Part shown: positions 1-12,805 of the stretch, piece after piece
Layout of the letters: each line of letters starts with the position of its first letter
Numbering within the stretch: the first letter of the stretch is position 1
Source of the DNA: Batkoa obscura
Taxonomy: Eukaryota
Assembly (NCBI GenBank): GCA_030770535.1
Contig: JASVEC010000158.1
Coordinates: 1-39,348, forward strand
Reading direction: 5' to 3'
DNA length: 39,348 bases
The notes under the pieces: generated by a model
Seen by the model: only the letters and a program-made list of their open reading frames with translations
What the model was told of the DNA's origin: nothing
Database searches by the model: none
Translations under genes and position numbers: made by a program

Positions 1-711
1 AATTAGCAGAAATTGAAGGGCCATATCAAACTTTATGAGGGAATTCCAGTATCTAAATTGGGTACTTCAATGTGAAAATGTGAATGTAACACCAAGTGAG
101 TTATGGATTGGAATAAATTACGTAAACGTATAGCTAAACATGGTGTACGCAATTCCCTTTTGTAGCTCCAATGCCTAACTGCTTCTACTTCTCCAAATCC
201 TTGGTAACAACGAATGTTTTGAACCTTATACTAGTAACATTTATACTCGTCGTGTACTCGCTGTGGAGTTCCAAGTAGTTAATCCATGGTTACTTAGAGA
301 TCTAGTTGAACTCGGATTATTGAATGATTCAATGAAAATCGAATTATTTCCGATCAAGGATCCGTTCAAATGATTAAAACTATACCAGAAGATATACGTG
401 CCCTTTATAAAACTACTTGGGAAATAAGTCAAAAAGTAATTATTGATATGGCAGCTGATCGTGGAGCTTTTATTGATCAATCTCAATCACTTAATATTCA
501 TATTGCTGAACCCACTTTTGCTAAATTAACTTCAATGCATTTTTATGGTTGGAAAAAGGGATTAAAAACTGGTATGTATTATCTTCGTACTAGACCAGCT
601 GCTAATGCTATTCAATTTACAGTGGATAAAAAAGCAATCGAAGAAGAAGAAGCTGCTAGATTACAATGCTCTATTGATAATCGTGACGGTTGCCTTATGT
701 GCAGCGGTTAA
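1..711 (+). CDS. RNR1: Ribonucleotide reductase large subunit, 3' part (partial; several frameshifts in nt 1-370)
   Basis: ORF 370-711 has [41 protein letters not shown] and C-terminal CLMCSG. Upstream fragments [35 protein letters not shown] and [13 protein letters not shown] fall in shifting frames. Confidence 0.95.
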
Positions 712-1519
712 AAGATTTTCATAATTTTTAACAATCTATTTTTCATTGATAATTATTATCTATTTAAACCATATTAAATCTTCAAGTATATTTTATATCA
801 TTCTATTTTTTTAATTAAGTTATTTTCTACTAGTTAATATTAACTTATAACATTAGCTTAGATTATTGATATCATTAATATTATTAACATTTTACTTAAA
901 TCAGAAAATATTTTTCTATATTACATTGAACTTATTAAATTAGTTTATTAATATTATGGAGAATGTTTTATTTCATTTTTTATTTTTTATCCAACATAAA
1001 ATTTAAAAAATTATTAGCTAAATACTGTATCGAAAAAACATTCTCACGTATGCGGTTAACTTAAAATTATACTTTATTCATTATAAATTTGTTCCGCTTT
1101 TAAAATGTATTAAAATTATTATTTATTCTTATTTTAAAAAAATCATTGTAATTACAGATAACAAAAACATTATATATACAATAACTATGTACCTTTGTAT
1201 ATTACTATAATATCAATCTATTTATTTTTAATAATAGCACCCATCAATAGCATTTAATAGCATTTTCTACACTTAGCTAATTAAAATAATACTAAATAAA
1301 TTATTTGGATGATTGGTTTAAATTCAAAAGTTTGCATGCAATTAAATGTACAAAATTTATGATTAAATAATTTTTTTAAAAAAAAGAATAAAAGATTTTA
1401 ATTTCTATTTACTATACATTTTTTAATTAGTTAAAACTTTAATAGAACTTTTTAATTTTTTTTCTTTCTTTTTCATCTTTTATCTTTGTAATTCTATTTA
1501 TAAATTTTAAACTTATACC

Positions 1520-4201
1520 ATGAAACCTGAGGAAATGTTGGCGTTTGGGAGAGGAGGTAACTTGATTTATATAATATATAAATGTAGGAGATTTATTTGT
1601 TAAAGGTGGCATTGGTACTTGTATTTCATTAATAAGTATTGAACCAGGTTCCGATCTTTTACCTTGTAAAGCAGGTAAGTACTACTTTTCATATCTTATG
1701 ATTATTTTAACAATTTGAAGGGGATGTAATCACAGTTTTAAAACCTATAAAGGAAAATCTTTATTTGGTAATTTTAAACTCTATATAATATTAATAAAAT
1801 AACCATTATTAGGGATTTTTATCAGATCAAATTGGACATTTTAGATTAGATGATGTTAATTTAATTTATTTGAACTTGAGTGTAGCCTCACCTAGAAAAA
1901 ATAAAGAAAAATATCAATCTTTTACAGCGTTATTAGAAAAAAATGTGCCTATTGGATTTTATGGAGAAAACAATATACCTGAAGCTAAGGCAAGTGTAAA
2001 CAATTCAGTTATATTAGAAGAAACGGAAGCTGAAATGTCAATGGAAGAGATGCCTAATGCTACTGAAACAAAAAGAAGAGCGTTTTCGATAGCACCAAAT
2101 ACTTCGCCAGAAAAGCTAAGAGAAGCCATATTATCACAAGATATCTCAATGCTGGATTCAAGTTATTTAAACCAATCTTCAATTCTTCCTAAAAGTACTA
2201 GTACACGGATTTATACTGAGAGTATGATAATTCCAAGAGATATTAATACCAATAATATTATTGAAGAAAAAGTCCAGCCAAACGATAATTATACAACTGA
2301 AGATATGCATAATAATGGAATAAATATAATAAATGAAAAGATGAGCAATATGGACTTAAAACCTTCACAAAATGGACAAAATTTACAAATACCTGAATTA
2401 CAAGTATCTGATGCGGATTTAGAAGCTAATAATAATAAAGATCATGAAAATACCAATGGTGAGAAAAACAATAATGACGCTAATAATGAGAAGAATATCA
2501 ATGATAACAACAGTGAGAAGAATATCAATAATAACAATACTGATAAAAACAGTTACAAAAGTAATGTTAACAATTATAACAATAACAATAATCCTAGTCA
2601 AATAGATTATAGAAGTAATAGATCTGAAACGAAGCATAAAGGATTATTTCATTCAATAAAATCTATAAAAAAGAAAGCAGATAATTTGTTTTTAAGTGCA
2701 AGACTTGATCCTTCTTTAATGTTATTACCAACTTCAGGTTCCCCTATGGATCCTTTAAATGATAAAAACTATGTAGCAAAATCCGAAAATATGCGTAAAT
2801 TTTACTCTCAAGCCAATGAAAAAGGAGATAGTATTGTTCTTGATCAATTTGGTTTTATACAAAGTGTTTCTGATGATGAAGGTGATGATGGTCGTTCAAT
2901 TATTTCCACTATAAGGTAATAAATTTTAGATAAATTTTGTTTTAATTTATATTAATTATATAGTGGCGCTTCCAATGTATCATCAAAATCTGATCGTTTA
3001 TTTAAATATGAATTGACTAAAGAATCTAAATGGAGAGCAATACTTACTAAATGGACACCGTCAAAATCAAGGAAATCCTATAGAGTAAACCAAAAAATTG
3101 ATTTAAAATAAATTTAATTAACAACTTTTAGGTAAAAAAATTAGTAGAAAAAGGAATACCAGATAGCTTACGTGGTAGAGTTTGGAGCTTTTTATCAAAT
3201 GTTCAACAGTTTAAAAAGGCTGGCACTTACCAAGTAATTAGATTTTAGAATCATTAAATAAATTTATTAATATATCAAAGGAAATGCTTGGAAGAGAAAA
3301 GATACCGATTTATGATGTAATTGAAAGAGATATAAGGAGAACCTATCCTAGGCATTCACTGTTTTATTATGAAAATAGTCAAGGGTAAATTTACACATGA
3401 ATTTTTTAACTAATAATTGAAATCATCAAAACAGATTAAAGGACCTCTATTCCATTTTAAAAGCCTATGCACAATACAACCCAGAAGTTGGGTATTGTCA
3501 AGGGATGGGTATGCTGGTGGGGCTTTTTTTAATGCAAGGGCTTAGTGAAGAAGATGCTTTTTGGCTTTTGGTTTCAACCAATTCACAATACTTACAAGGC
3601 TATTTTACACCAACGCTTTCACAACTTCGTATTCATTCAGCTGTATTTGAGTATCTGTTAGAAGAAAGTGACCCTAAACTTGCAAAACACTTGGTAATTC
3701 ACTTTTATTTTACCAAGAATAATATTTATAGTAATTAGTCTGATAATGATATAACATCGCTATTGTATGTTACTCCTTGGTTTTTAACAGTTTATACTAT
3801 GACATTGCCTTGGGCATCTGTTCTTCAAGTATGGGATTTATTTTATTACAAAGGTAATAGACGGATAAAATTAGTTATAAAGTACTAACTCAATTAGGTG
3901 TTAAAATATTATTCCGATTCGGACTTGCTATAATGAAATGTGTTCGAAGTAATTGTCCATTCTATTATAATTTCCCATTTTAATCTATTTTTTAGACCAT
4001 ATCTTTAGAGAATGCCCGACTGCAGCTGAATTACTCCCCTTTTTACTTCATGTACCACATGAATTTCTTGGACCAGAAAAACTTATGGATGCCTATAAAG
4101 ATATCAAACTCACTACTGCACATATACAATCACTATGTCGACGTGTAGCATCTCCAGATGGTACAGTACCAGATCGAGGTGCTTTGCAAGTTCGTAAATG
4201 A
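1520..4201 (+). CDS. Rab GTPase-activating protein: N-terminal SH3-like domain, low-complexity linker, TBC domain
   Basis: Exons read by eye: 1520-1556, 1606-1674, 1721-1767, 1813-2915, 2964-3084, 3132-3233, 3281-3384, 3435-3693, 3739-3853, 3898-3948, 3996-4201, all GT-AG. TBC motifs GIPDSLRGRVW, IERDIRRTYP (R finger), YNPEVGYCQGM (Q finger), EEDAFW, TPWFLTVY. SH3-like LPCKAGDVITVL...YLG...GHF. Confidence 0.9.
2455..2545 (+). repeat. 27-nt imperfect coding tandem repeat (NNEKNINDN-type)
   Basis: Recurring GAGAARAAYA...AAT units encoding NGEKNNNDA/NNEKNINDN/NSEKNINNN in the TBC linker. Confidence 0.6.
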
Positions 4202-4487
4202 TATAATGTATTTTGTTTGTTATCATAAAATTATAATTTATAATAAAATTTTAGTAGCATAATAAAAAGCTCAAAAAGTTTATAGTTAAAAAGATTTACT
4301 GTTATATTTTAAAAATGAGGTGGATGGAACGCTTATTTTTTGATTATATATTAATGAAATATTGTAAGGATCCAAATTTAACCCTGCCAGCTTAAAGCTT
4401 AACATTGATACGGCTTTTTGTTTGTTTAACTAATTTATAAACTTATGTATATAAAGCTGCTTTTATTTTACTGAAAAGCTACTATAT

Positions 4488-4585
4488 GAGGATGTAGTTT
4501 TTAGCTTTATCACTTTTTACATTTTTAAGCGCTATTTGAGTGGAAAGATTATTAGTGAAATTCTTAAACAAAAAAACACATCCCC
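4488..4585 (+). mobile_element. MITE family A copy 1 (~98 bp)
   Basis: GAGGATGT...ACATCCCC termini, ATAT on both sides, core AAGCGCTATTTGAGTGGAAAGATT shared with 7 other copies. Confidence 0.8.
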
Positions 4586-4932
4586 ATATATTATTTGAAT
4601 ATCACACCAATTGATAACCCATTAATCAGTGAAGCATCTAATAATTACTTAATTCTATAAGTTACAGCAGACTTTCTATGCTATAAATAGTTTTAATGGT
4701 ATTATTAATACCCAAATTGTTATAACAATTAGTAATTGCCAATATATATTTAGTTGTAAGATTATCTTACCTAATCTAGAATCTTCTTTTGATCTTTAAT
4801 TTTGGAAAAACACATCAACTTAAGATTCCACAATTTCCGGATATGATTGGCTAAAAACTATACAACTTTACCCATGATTTTGAGTTTAAAATCAAAATAA
4901 ACTCAAAATTTCATCTTCAATTTTTAATTAAA

Positions 4933-5385
4933 ATGCCTCGTAAATCTCGTTCAGCTCCAGCTCGTTCCCCAGCACAAACACAATCCCGTAGTGCTTCTAC
5001 TTATGCCGCACCATCATCAATGGCCCGTGCTCCAGCACCTCCAGCACCAATGCATGCTCCAGCTGCTGCTGCCCCAAAACAACCAGGGCTTTTCGCACAA
5101 ATGGCAACTACTGCCGCAGGTGTAGCTGTAGGTAGTGCTGTTGGACATACCCTTGCCAATGGAGTTTCTTCTTTATTTGGAAGCTCAGAAAGCGCTCAGC
5201 CAGCCCAAGCTGCTCAACCTCAACATTCTTATTATGCAGCTTCAGAACAACATGGATCTGGCTCATGCCAAGCTGATGCTAAAGCTTTTACCAATTGCTT
5301 AGAAAGTAATAATAATGATATTTCTGCTTGCCAATTCTATTTAGATATGCTTAAGCAATGCCAATCCTTTGCCGCCTCTCGTTAG
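4933..5385 (+). CDS. MIX17: CHCHD2/CHCHD10-like mitochondrial intermembrane space protein
   Basis: Basic MPRKSR N-terminus, conserved helix QPGLFAQMATTAAGVAVGSAVGHT, twin CX9C motif at the C-terminus; intronless. Confidence 0.93.
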   Translation: MPRKSRSAPARSPAQTQSRSASTYAAPSSMARAPAPPAPMHAPAAAAPKQPGLFAQMATTAAGVAVGSAVGHTLANGVSSLFGSSESAQPAQAAQPQHSYYAASEQHGSGSCQADAKAFTNCLESNNNDISACQFYLDMLKQCQSFAASR

Positions 5386-6193
5386 ATTAATAATATAAAG
5401 AATCAAATTTAAATATTTAATCCTTATGTCAATAGAATTGGATCTTTTTTTATTAAATATTCGATGTGTTTATAATTATTTGGTTTTTATATTATGTACG
5501 TATCTGAAGTATGTTTCAAAATAAGAGTATAACATATATATATGCTATGTTTAATATTTGAATGTATGTTTTTATTTTATAATATTTAAAAAACTTAATA
5601 TAAAAAATAGATAAATTTTATTCAAGCAGATTCGCTATTTTCTCATACAATAGATAGTTTATTACATTTGAATAAAAAATACTATTAATACGACTAAAAA
5701 GTTTAAAGTATGGATATTAATACCTGAGAATGTCAAAAACTATTTAAGAATATATTAAAATTGTGTTTAGGTTTAGTGGACATTGATTCAAAATCGATTA
5801 AACTTTTCGATTCCTGTTTAATAAAATTATTTTGGGAATCCTAGTGTTTGTAAATTTGGTGGGGTTTTACGATTAATTTGTAAGCAAGTTGCCTCCGATA
5901 GATATATTCCGGATCCTAGTGCAAAATATATATTTCGGATCATCCTTAATATTTAACTTAAAAGATCAATAGTTAGAAGTGAGACAAGTAACAAAATGAA
6001 AAGAAATTTAAAGTGTCTAATTTAATACTTTCCTCCTGTGCCAATATAACGAATATGATAAATTGTCTAATCTACATCAATCTTGGTTTATTTACTCCAG
6101 GAAGTTGCAATTTTAATGGTTATTTTTGCAGAATAAAAAAAATAAAAAATAAAATTAATTTCGAGAATTTTAAAATTGTTGTTTAAGTTTTAA

Positions 6194-8225
6194 ATGGGAA
6201 AAAGAAACCGTAAGAAAGGAGCTGCAAATGCTCAACCAAGCCAAGAGCTCGATAGCCACAAAAGCGAGAAGTATACTTCAAAAGCTATAAAGAACTGGAA
6301 TGACATTGAACATGATGACATTGATAAATGTAATTCTATTTTTAGATACTTAAGCTTATATTAATATTTTTCTAGTCCATGATAGCAGAAACAAAATAAG
6401 CTTTGATGATAACGATAATGATTCAGGTATCACATATTATTGTTGGTTTTATATAGCTAAAAAAATTTCTAGATGATATTGAAGATGAAGAGATACTTGG
6501 CATTGAATACCCTCAAGAGGAAGAGGAAGAAGAGGAAGAAGAAGAAGAGGAAGAAGAAGAAGAGGAAGAAGAAGAGGAAGATACCATGGAAGGTATAATA
6601 AAGTTATCGATATAAGTATACATATTAATATTTTATAGATTGGGGCACAAAAAAATCGAATTATTATGATGGTGATGAGGTTGAAGATGAAGAAGATGCT
6701 AGACTCGAAGAAGAGGAAGCAATAAGAATCCAAAAAATGAGGGTCAATACTATGAATGAACAAGATTTTATGGCTCCTACTTATGGTCAACTAACTGGAA
6801 AAGACCTTATTAAAGTATCTATTATACAATTTATTTTTTAATATACTAAATTTTATTAGGATGAATTGGAAGATCATAAATTAGTTCTTGATTTGGATAA
6901 GGAATTAAAAAATATAGATTTGACTCAGCCTATCAAAAGCATAAAGAAAGGGGATAGTTGTACTAAAGACGAAGCCATTGAAATGTTAGAGAAAGATTCG
7001 CCAGAACTTTTTGGACTTTTAGAACAACTTAAAGAAAAGTGGGAAATAGTAAAAGATGAATCCTCTGAAGTTGCTATAAAGTAATTTTATTGTCAAAATA
7101 ATTTATATAACATTAACATGTATTAGAATTAAAGAATTAAGCCCAGAAGTAGTCAAAGCAACCCCATTACTTCAACATTTCTATTTAAAGTATGAAACAA
7201 CATTAAATTATCTTACTAATATATCTTTCTATTTGTATTTGAAGTCTGTTGGAACTCCTAATCTTCAAGATCATCCTATAATTGATGTTTTAATAAAACA
7301 TGCCAACATTATTAAAAATTTAGAAGATGCTGAAGAAGGATCAGATGACTTACTGGAAATGGTTAAAGAAGCTATCATTGTAATAGAAAATGGCGGAGTT
7401 GTTGGAGATCAAGAATTAGACGAAAACAGTAATGAAGACTTATCATTAGAAGAAGAAGAAGAAGAAGAAGAAGAAGAGTCTCAGGATGAAGAAGCTTTGG
7501 AAGATAAAGAAGAAGCCATCGATTCAGAACCTCAAAGCTCAGATGTGGAAGCATTACCCGAACAAACATTAGCAGAATTAAGACGCTCTCTTAAAACTTC
7601 AGGATCAAAAAGAATGGCCAAAGAATCCGACTTCCAGGATACTGAGTATCTTGATGAAGCGGATGCAGCTGAAAAGATGATAAAAAAGAAGAGTTTAAGG
7701 CATTATGCTTCTGTCATAAATCAAAAACGTGCCAAATTGCCTAAATTTACCGGTGATATTGATATACCATATAAATCAAAAGATGAAAAATATAAACAGC
7801 CAGTTAATCAAGCTATCAATAACCAATCCAATGACGCTGATATATTCGATGATGATGAAAACGAAGTAACACCATCAATAGAAGAAACCAAGAAAGAAAG
7901 GAAGAATACTAAGAGAGTTAAGGTACTTGATCCTGAAGAAATGGAACGTAGAACAGAGGCATGGAAGGCAATGAATCCTGATGAACAAGAAGTTGAAGGA
8001 AGCTCTAAACGTATTGCTTCTTACAAGATACTCAAAAACAAAGGTCTTACACCTAAGCGTAAGAAAGAGCAACGTAATCCACGTGTTAAACATCGTAAGA
8101 AGTTCGAAAAAGCTAGTAAGAAATTATCCAGTTTCAAGAGAGTTGTGCAAGATTCTAAGACTTCATATGGTGGTGAAGCTACTGGTATTAAGACTCATCT
8201 TTCTAGATCTGTACGCTTTCAATAG
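6194..8225 (+). CDS. SAS10: SSU processome component Sas10/Utp3
   Basis: Exons 6194-6329, 6376-6426, 6473-6592, 6639-6814, 6860-7080, 7127-8225. Motifs WGTKKSNYY, EEEEAIRIQ, DSPEL, YLTNISFYLYLK, HPII and C-terminal ILKNKGLTPKRKKEQRNPRVKHRKKF...YGGEATGIK. Confidence 0.95.
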
Positions 8226-8961
8226 CTTTCAGTTTTTACTATCAATATAGAGATTTAAATTTAATCATTCTTTGAATAAATTATTAATTAAATTTACTTA
8301 AAAAGTTTCTAGAAGTATACTCCATGTTATCTTTTATTTATCTTTAATACCATCAAAGTTAAAGAATTATAATTTGTATTTGACTCACTAATGTTGGCAT
8401 AATTTTAATTTTAATTTTAATTTTATAGTGAGCTATCTAAGTACTTGATGTATTATTATTTAGCATCTTTGAAGTAAGCAGATATAAAAGCTTAAAATAC
8501 AAAACATAATATAGCTACAACTTCAAAAAAATTGTAAGTGATTAAATTAATTATACAGATATATGTGACTTTGTTAATAAAATTATTTTTTATCAATATA
8601 AATACCACTTAAAATTAGATTTTGATTAAAACATTTTAATTAGTGATATTTGTTAAAGTTTTATATTAAAAATTGTACAAAAAAAATGACTACAATCAAA
8701 ATACTATAGGATACTGTTTTCAAATATTTGACCTATTTAATCTAATAAATGAATCAACGAATATAGATAATAAATAACATTGCATTATGGACATTAAATT
8801 GAAATCTAGCTTTACAACTCTTATTTTAATTAACCATAAGTAACATTGGTTAAAGTAAACTTCATTGGCTAATTAAGGAAGAATAAATCTCCAACAAGCA
8901 TTTTAAAAATAAATAAAAAATAGAAAATTTTTTTTAGTGCTTTAATTTTTAGAATTTGATA

Positions 8962-11358
8962 ATGTCTGTGATACATTATAAATTTAAATCAGCAAAAAAT
9001 TATGATTCTGTTACTTTTGAAGGACTTTCATTCCCTTTATTTAATTTAAAGCGTGAAATCCTCATTGCTCAAAAACTAAGAGGAACGGACTCGGATATTA
9101 TTATCTCAAACGCTCAAACAAACGAAGGTAAATAACAATCTATTTTATTTTTCTTCATTTCATCTTTCTCCCAATACTCTTACCCTTTATTTATTTCCCT
9201 CTAAAAAGCTACCTCTTATGTTTAATAAAGATTTTAATTTTCAAGTCAGCCTTTTTTTAAATTAATTTCTATTTAGATTACCTGGATGACTCTATGCTCA
9301 TTCCTAAAAACACTTCTGTTTATGTAAGAAGAGTTCCTGCTAAGCCTGGGGGTACAAATGCTATGTATTATATATCGGATGATCCACAAAACGCTTTACA
9401 GGCCAAAACTGGAGAAGTTCATGCGGATTTAAGTTCATATGGGAATAAAGGCAACAATTACAACGATGAAGATGACAATAATCCTGCTTTTGGCGATATC
9501 ACTTTATCTATGGATGGCGTTATTCCTGGAGAAAATGAAGAAGAGAAATTGCAAGCACTTTTTGACCAAACCTCAACTCAATGGAGACAACAAAACGCTC
9601 ACATGGGTGGACACCAGGGTTCTTATAGAGGCGGTCAAAACTATTCGGCCCAAAGAAACCAAAATCAGTTTAATAAGCCCATTTCTGCCAATTATGTATG
9701 TCATAAATGTGGTATAAAAGGGCATTATGTTCAAAATTGTCCATCACAGGTCGATAGAAAGAATATGCAGCCTAGAGTAAAAAAAACAACAGGTATTCCT
9801 CGTTCTTTCCTAAAAAATGTTGAGCAAGTGCCAGATGGAAAAGGCGCAATGGTAGCAAGCGATGGTACTTTAGTTATTGCTCAGGCCAATAGGTAATTAA
9901 TATCTATTTTTAACATGTAAATAATAACTTTTTTAGTACTGCTTGGGAAAAAATTAGAATGAATCAAAGAGCATCAGGATTCTCTTTTGAAGAGCTACGT
10001 GAGACTGCACCAATTGTAAATGAATTACAATGTAAAGTATGCCAAAAGCTCTTAGTAAATGCTGTATCTGTTCCTTGCTGTAGAACTCTATTCTGTTTAG
10101 ATTGTAAGATTCTTTGTGTTTTGTTAGTAGAGACTAAACAATTTTTAGGCATTACTGAAGCTTTAATTAATCCTGATCCTGAAAAGCATTTTAAATGCCC
10201 ATCTTGTAATAAAGTAGGTATTGTCCCAGACAATTTAATTGCTGAGCATTCAGTCCGGGCAGATGTTGGTGAACATTTAAGAAAGTGGGCTAAAGATCGT
10301 CTTGGTGATAATGGATCTGAACATGAAATGGATAAACCCAACCCTATTGCTGAGGAAAGCAATGATATCCAAGATGATATTCAACCTCACATTGAACACA
10401 ATCCAAGACAAATCATTACAGTTGCTGATTCTAGGGACAATCATGTTGATTATTCTAATAGAAGTAATGACTATTCCAATAGAAATAACGATTACTCTAA
10501 TAGAAACAATGACTATTCAAACAGAAATAACGATTATAACTCTAGAAATAATGATTACAATCCTAGAAATCGTAATCAACAGCGTGAAGGTAAATTCTTT
10601 GTTAATTTCAATAATTTGTAGTAAATTGTATAGATGATTTGAAATCAGGTGATGGTCGTTTTAATGAAAACGCTTCAAATACAATTGAGCTGCCACCATT
10701 ACACTGGACTCCTGATAATGGTATTACTGGCCATATTACTATACCTCCTATGGAAAAGCTTGTAGGGACGGACTTTTATGACCAAAACTTTGGTAAACAT
10801 AATAAATCAAGGAATGATTATAATAGTGGTAACCAAGGACGTAAGAATTTTCAGTCAGATAGGCGCACTGGTTGTTCACGTGAAAGAGACAATAGAAGAG
10901 GTAGATCCAGTCATTCCAATCGTTCTAGAAGTAGATCTGAAAGGGGTAATCATAACCGAAGGGACTCTCCATCTCCAAGAAGAGGCCATGAGGGTAATAC
11001 TTCTTCACGTAAACCCAGAGGTAGATCTAGATCTCGTGATAGGAGATCAAGACGTAGCAGATCCCGTTCTGTAAGAAGATCTCGTTCACGTTCACCAGCT
11101 AATCATAGGGGTCGTAGCCGCCGCTCTCCATCTAGAGATCGCAGAAACAACTATCGTGATGATAGAGATAAAGATAGACGTAGAGGTAGAGATAGAAGTA
11201 GATCCAGGTCTAATACTCGTAACAGCAGCCGAAGAGACACTTCTAGACGTAGGGATAATAAATCTTCAAGAAATTTAAGCCATGATCGTCATGATACTCA
11301 AAGTAATAAGAATTCCCGCCCAAGTATTACTTCACGCTTAGGGCCTACAAACATGTGA
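8962..11358 (+). CDS. MPE1: Cleavage/polyadenylation factor Mpe1/RBBP6 (DWNN-UBL, CCHC zinc knuckle, RING, RS-rich tail)
   Basis: Exons 8962-9127, 9277-9892, 9937-10103, 10149-10589, 10634-11358. MSVIHYKFKSAKNYD (DWNN), LIPKNTSVYVRRVP, YVCHKCGIKGHYVQNCP, KKTTGIPRSFL, RING ELQCKVC..PCC..FCLDCI..CPSC. Confidence 0.93.
10448..10573 (+). repeat. 21-nt coding tandem repeat, six DYSNRNN-type heptads
   Basis: DYSNRSN DYSNRNN DYSNRNN DYSNRNN DYNSRNN DYNPRNR read directly from the ORF. Confidence 0.9.
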
Positions 11359-11872
11359 AGGGGGTTATGATGGTATTTTTGATTCTTATTTTGCCAAAAA
11401 AAACTATTTTTATAATATAATATTAAACTTGTCTTTAATAATTGGGAAATAATGAGCCATCAATTTCATCCACATTTTGATGCTTCATAATTCAATACCA
11501 AATCAACTCATTCTGGGATATAATTATCAAGCTATTTTAATAAAACTTATGAATATTTCAATTGCCATGTTCTATTTTTTTAGTTGATTAGACGATCTTT
11601 CGATTCACTTTCTTATATCAACATTAAACTATATTTAATAATGTCTTGTTAGTATCATACTTTTTCAGTATTCTATAAATATTATAAGAGTTTAATGTTT
11701 TGATAAAAAAAAGTTTATAAAAACTTATTTTGAGTATACTAAAAATAGCAATAATGCTTGAACTAAAAAACCATTTCTAAGCATTCAAAAGTTTAACAAT
11801 AGATAAAATCAAAATATAAGTATAAACCAATACGTTAGGTGCATTTATTAAAATATATTAACACATAAAAGT

Positions 11873-12805
11873 TTAAGCAGCTTTAGCTTTCTTTATTTCT
11901 TCTTGGATTTTAGAGTATTCTTTTTGTTGATCATCAATCTTCTTTTTTAAATTATCAAAATCAGCAGATTTTTCTTTAGCTAAAAGTAATTCATCGTTAA
12001 GACGATCTAGTTCTTTAACTTGTTCATCGAACTTTTGGCTAATTTCGGATCCGTTAGGTGCCTAACAATTATTATTAGAATTAAAATCTATAAAATTTAT
12101 AGCTAATACATTTGATTCTAAGATGGTTAACTTTTCTTTAGTGTTTAAAAGCTCTATAATTTGTTCGAAGGTATAATTCAAAATACTAATAAAAGATTAG
12201 GAATAACGTTTGTTAAGGCAAATTATCTTACAATGAAAGGAACATAGTGATTCCGCACAAATATCTAGTATAAGATTAAAAAACGAAAATGGTAGTATAA
12301 TTAAATATTATTACACGTTACGTTGAGCAAAAAACTTTTTAACTTGAATAGATGTATCTGTACGAACATCAACAGTGCCCTCAGTAATCTCACCTTTCTC
12401 TAATGCCTTATTCAAACCATTTATAGAATCTTTACAACATTAAATAATTATTAAATTAAAAGATATATTTCTACCTATAAATAAAATAAAGATGAAACTA
12501 AGAAAATTAGTTAATAATCAAATAAATAATAAATTAGTTTACACTCCAACAATTTTGAGGGTATATTGAACTCGACTGATCACATTATTCTTAATCCATA
12601 CCAGCATCCTTTGACGCATAGTATTTGGCAATGGGATCTTTACAATTAAAAGTTAAAATACAAACCAAAAAACCAAAAAACTTTATACCATCAAGCCAAT
12701 ATAAGTAATAATCTATAGTAACGTTTAGTATTATATCATTTAAATGGATTCAATGTTTACCTCTGACACTAAAAGTCCAAATACAAATTTGTGATACAAA
12801 GCCAT
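11873..12805 (-). CDS. BAP29/BAP31 (Yet-family) ER membrane protein; absent from ORF track (7 short exons)
   Basis: Spliced translation MALYHKFVFGLLVSE-IITYIGLM-IPLP...FIFILFIDS...KFFAQRNVYLCGITMFLS, coiled-coil tail ending KKAKAA* (KxKxx ER-retrieval type). Confidence 0.9.

Noticed and set aside
5765..5776. GTTTAGGTTTAG as a telomeric repeat or telomerase template
   Set aside because: Only two units and no supporting context.
6427..6859. SAS10 donors GTATCA and GTATCT as U12-type GT-AG introns
   Set aside because: They lack the CCTT extension and a CCTTAAC-type branch site; ordinary U2 introns.
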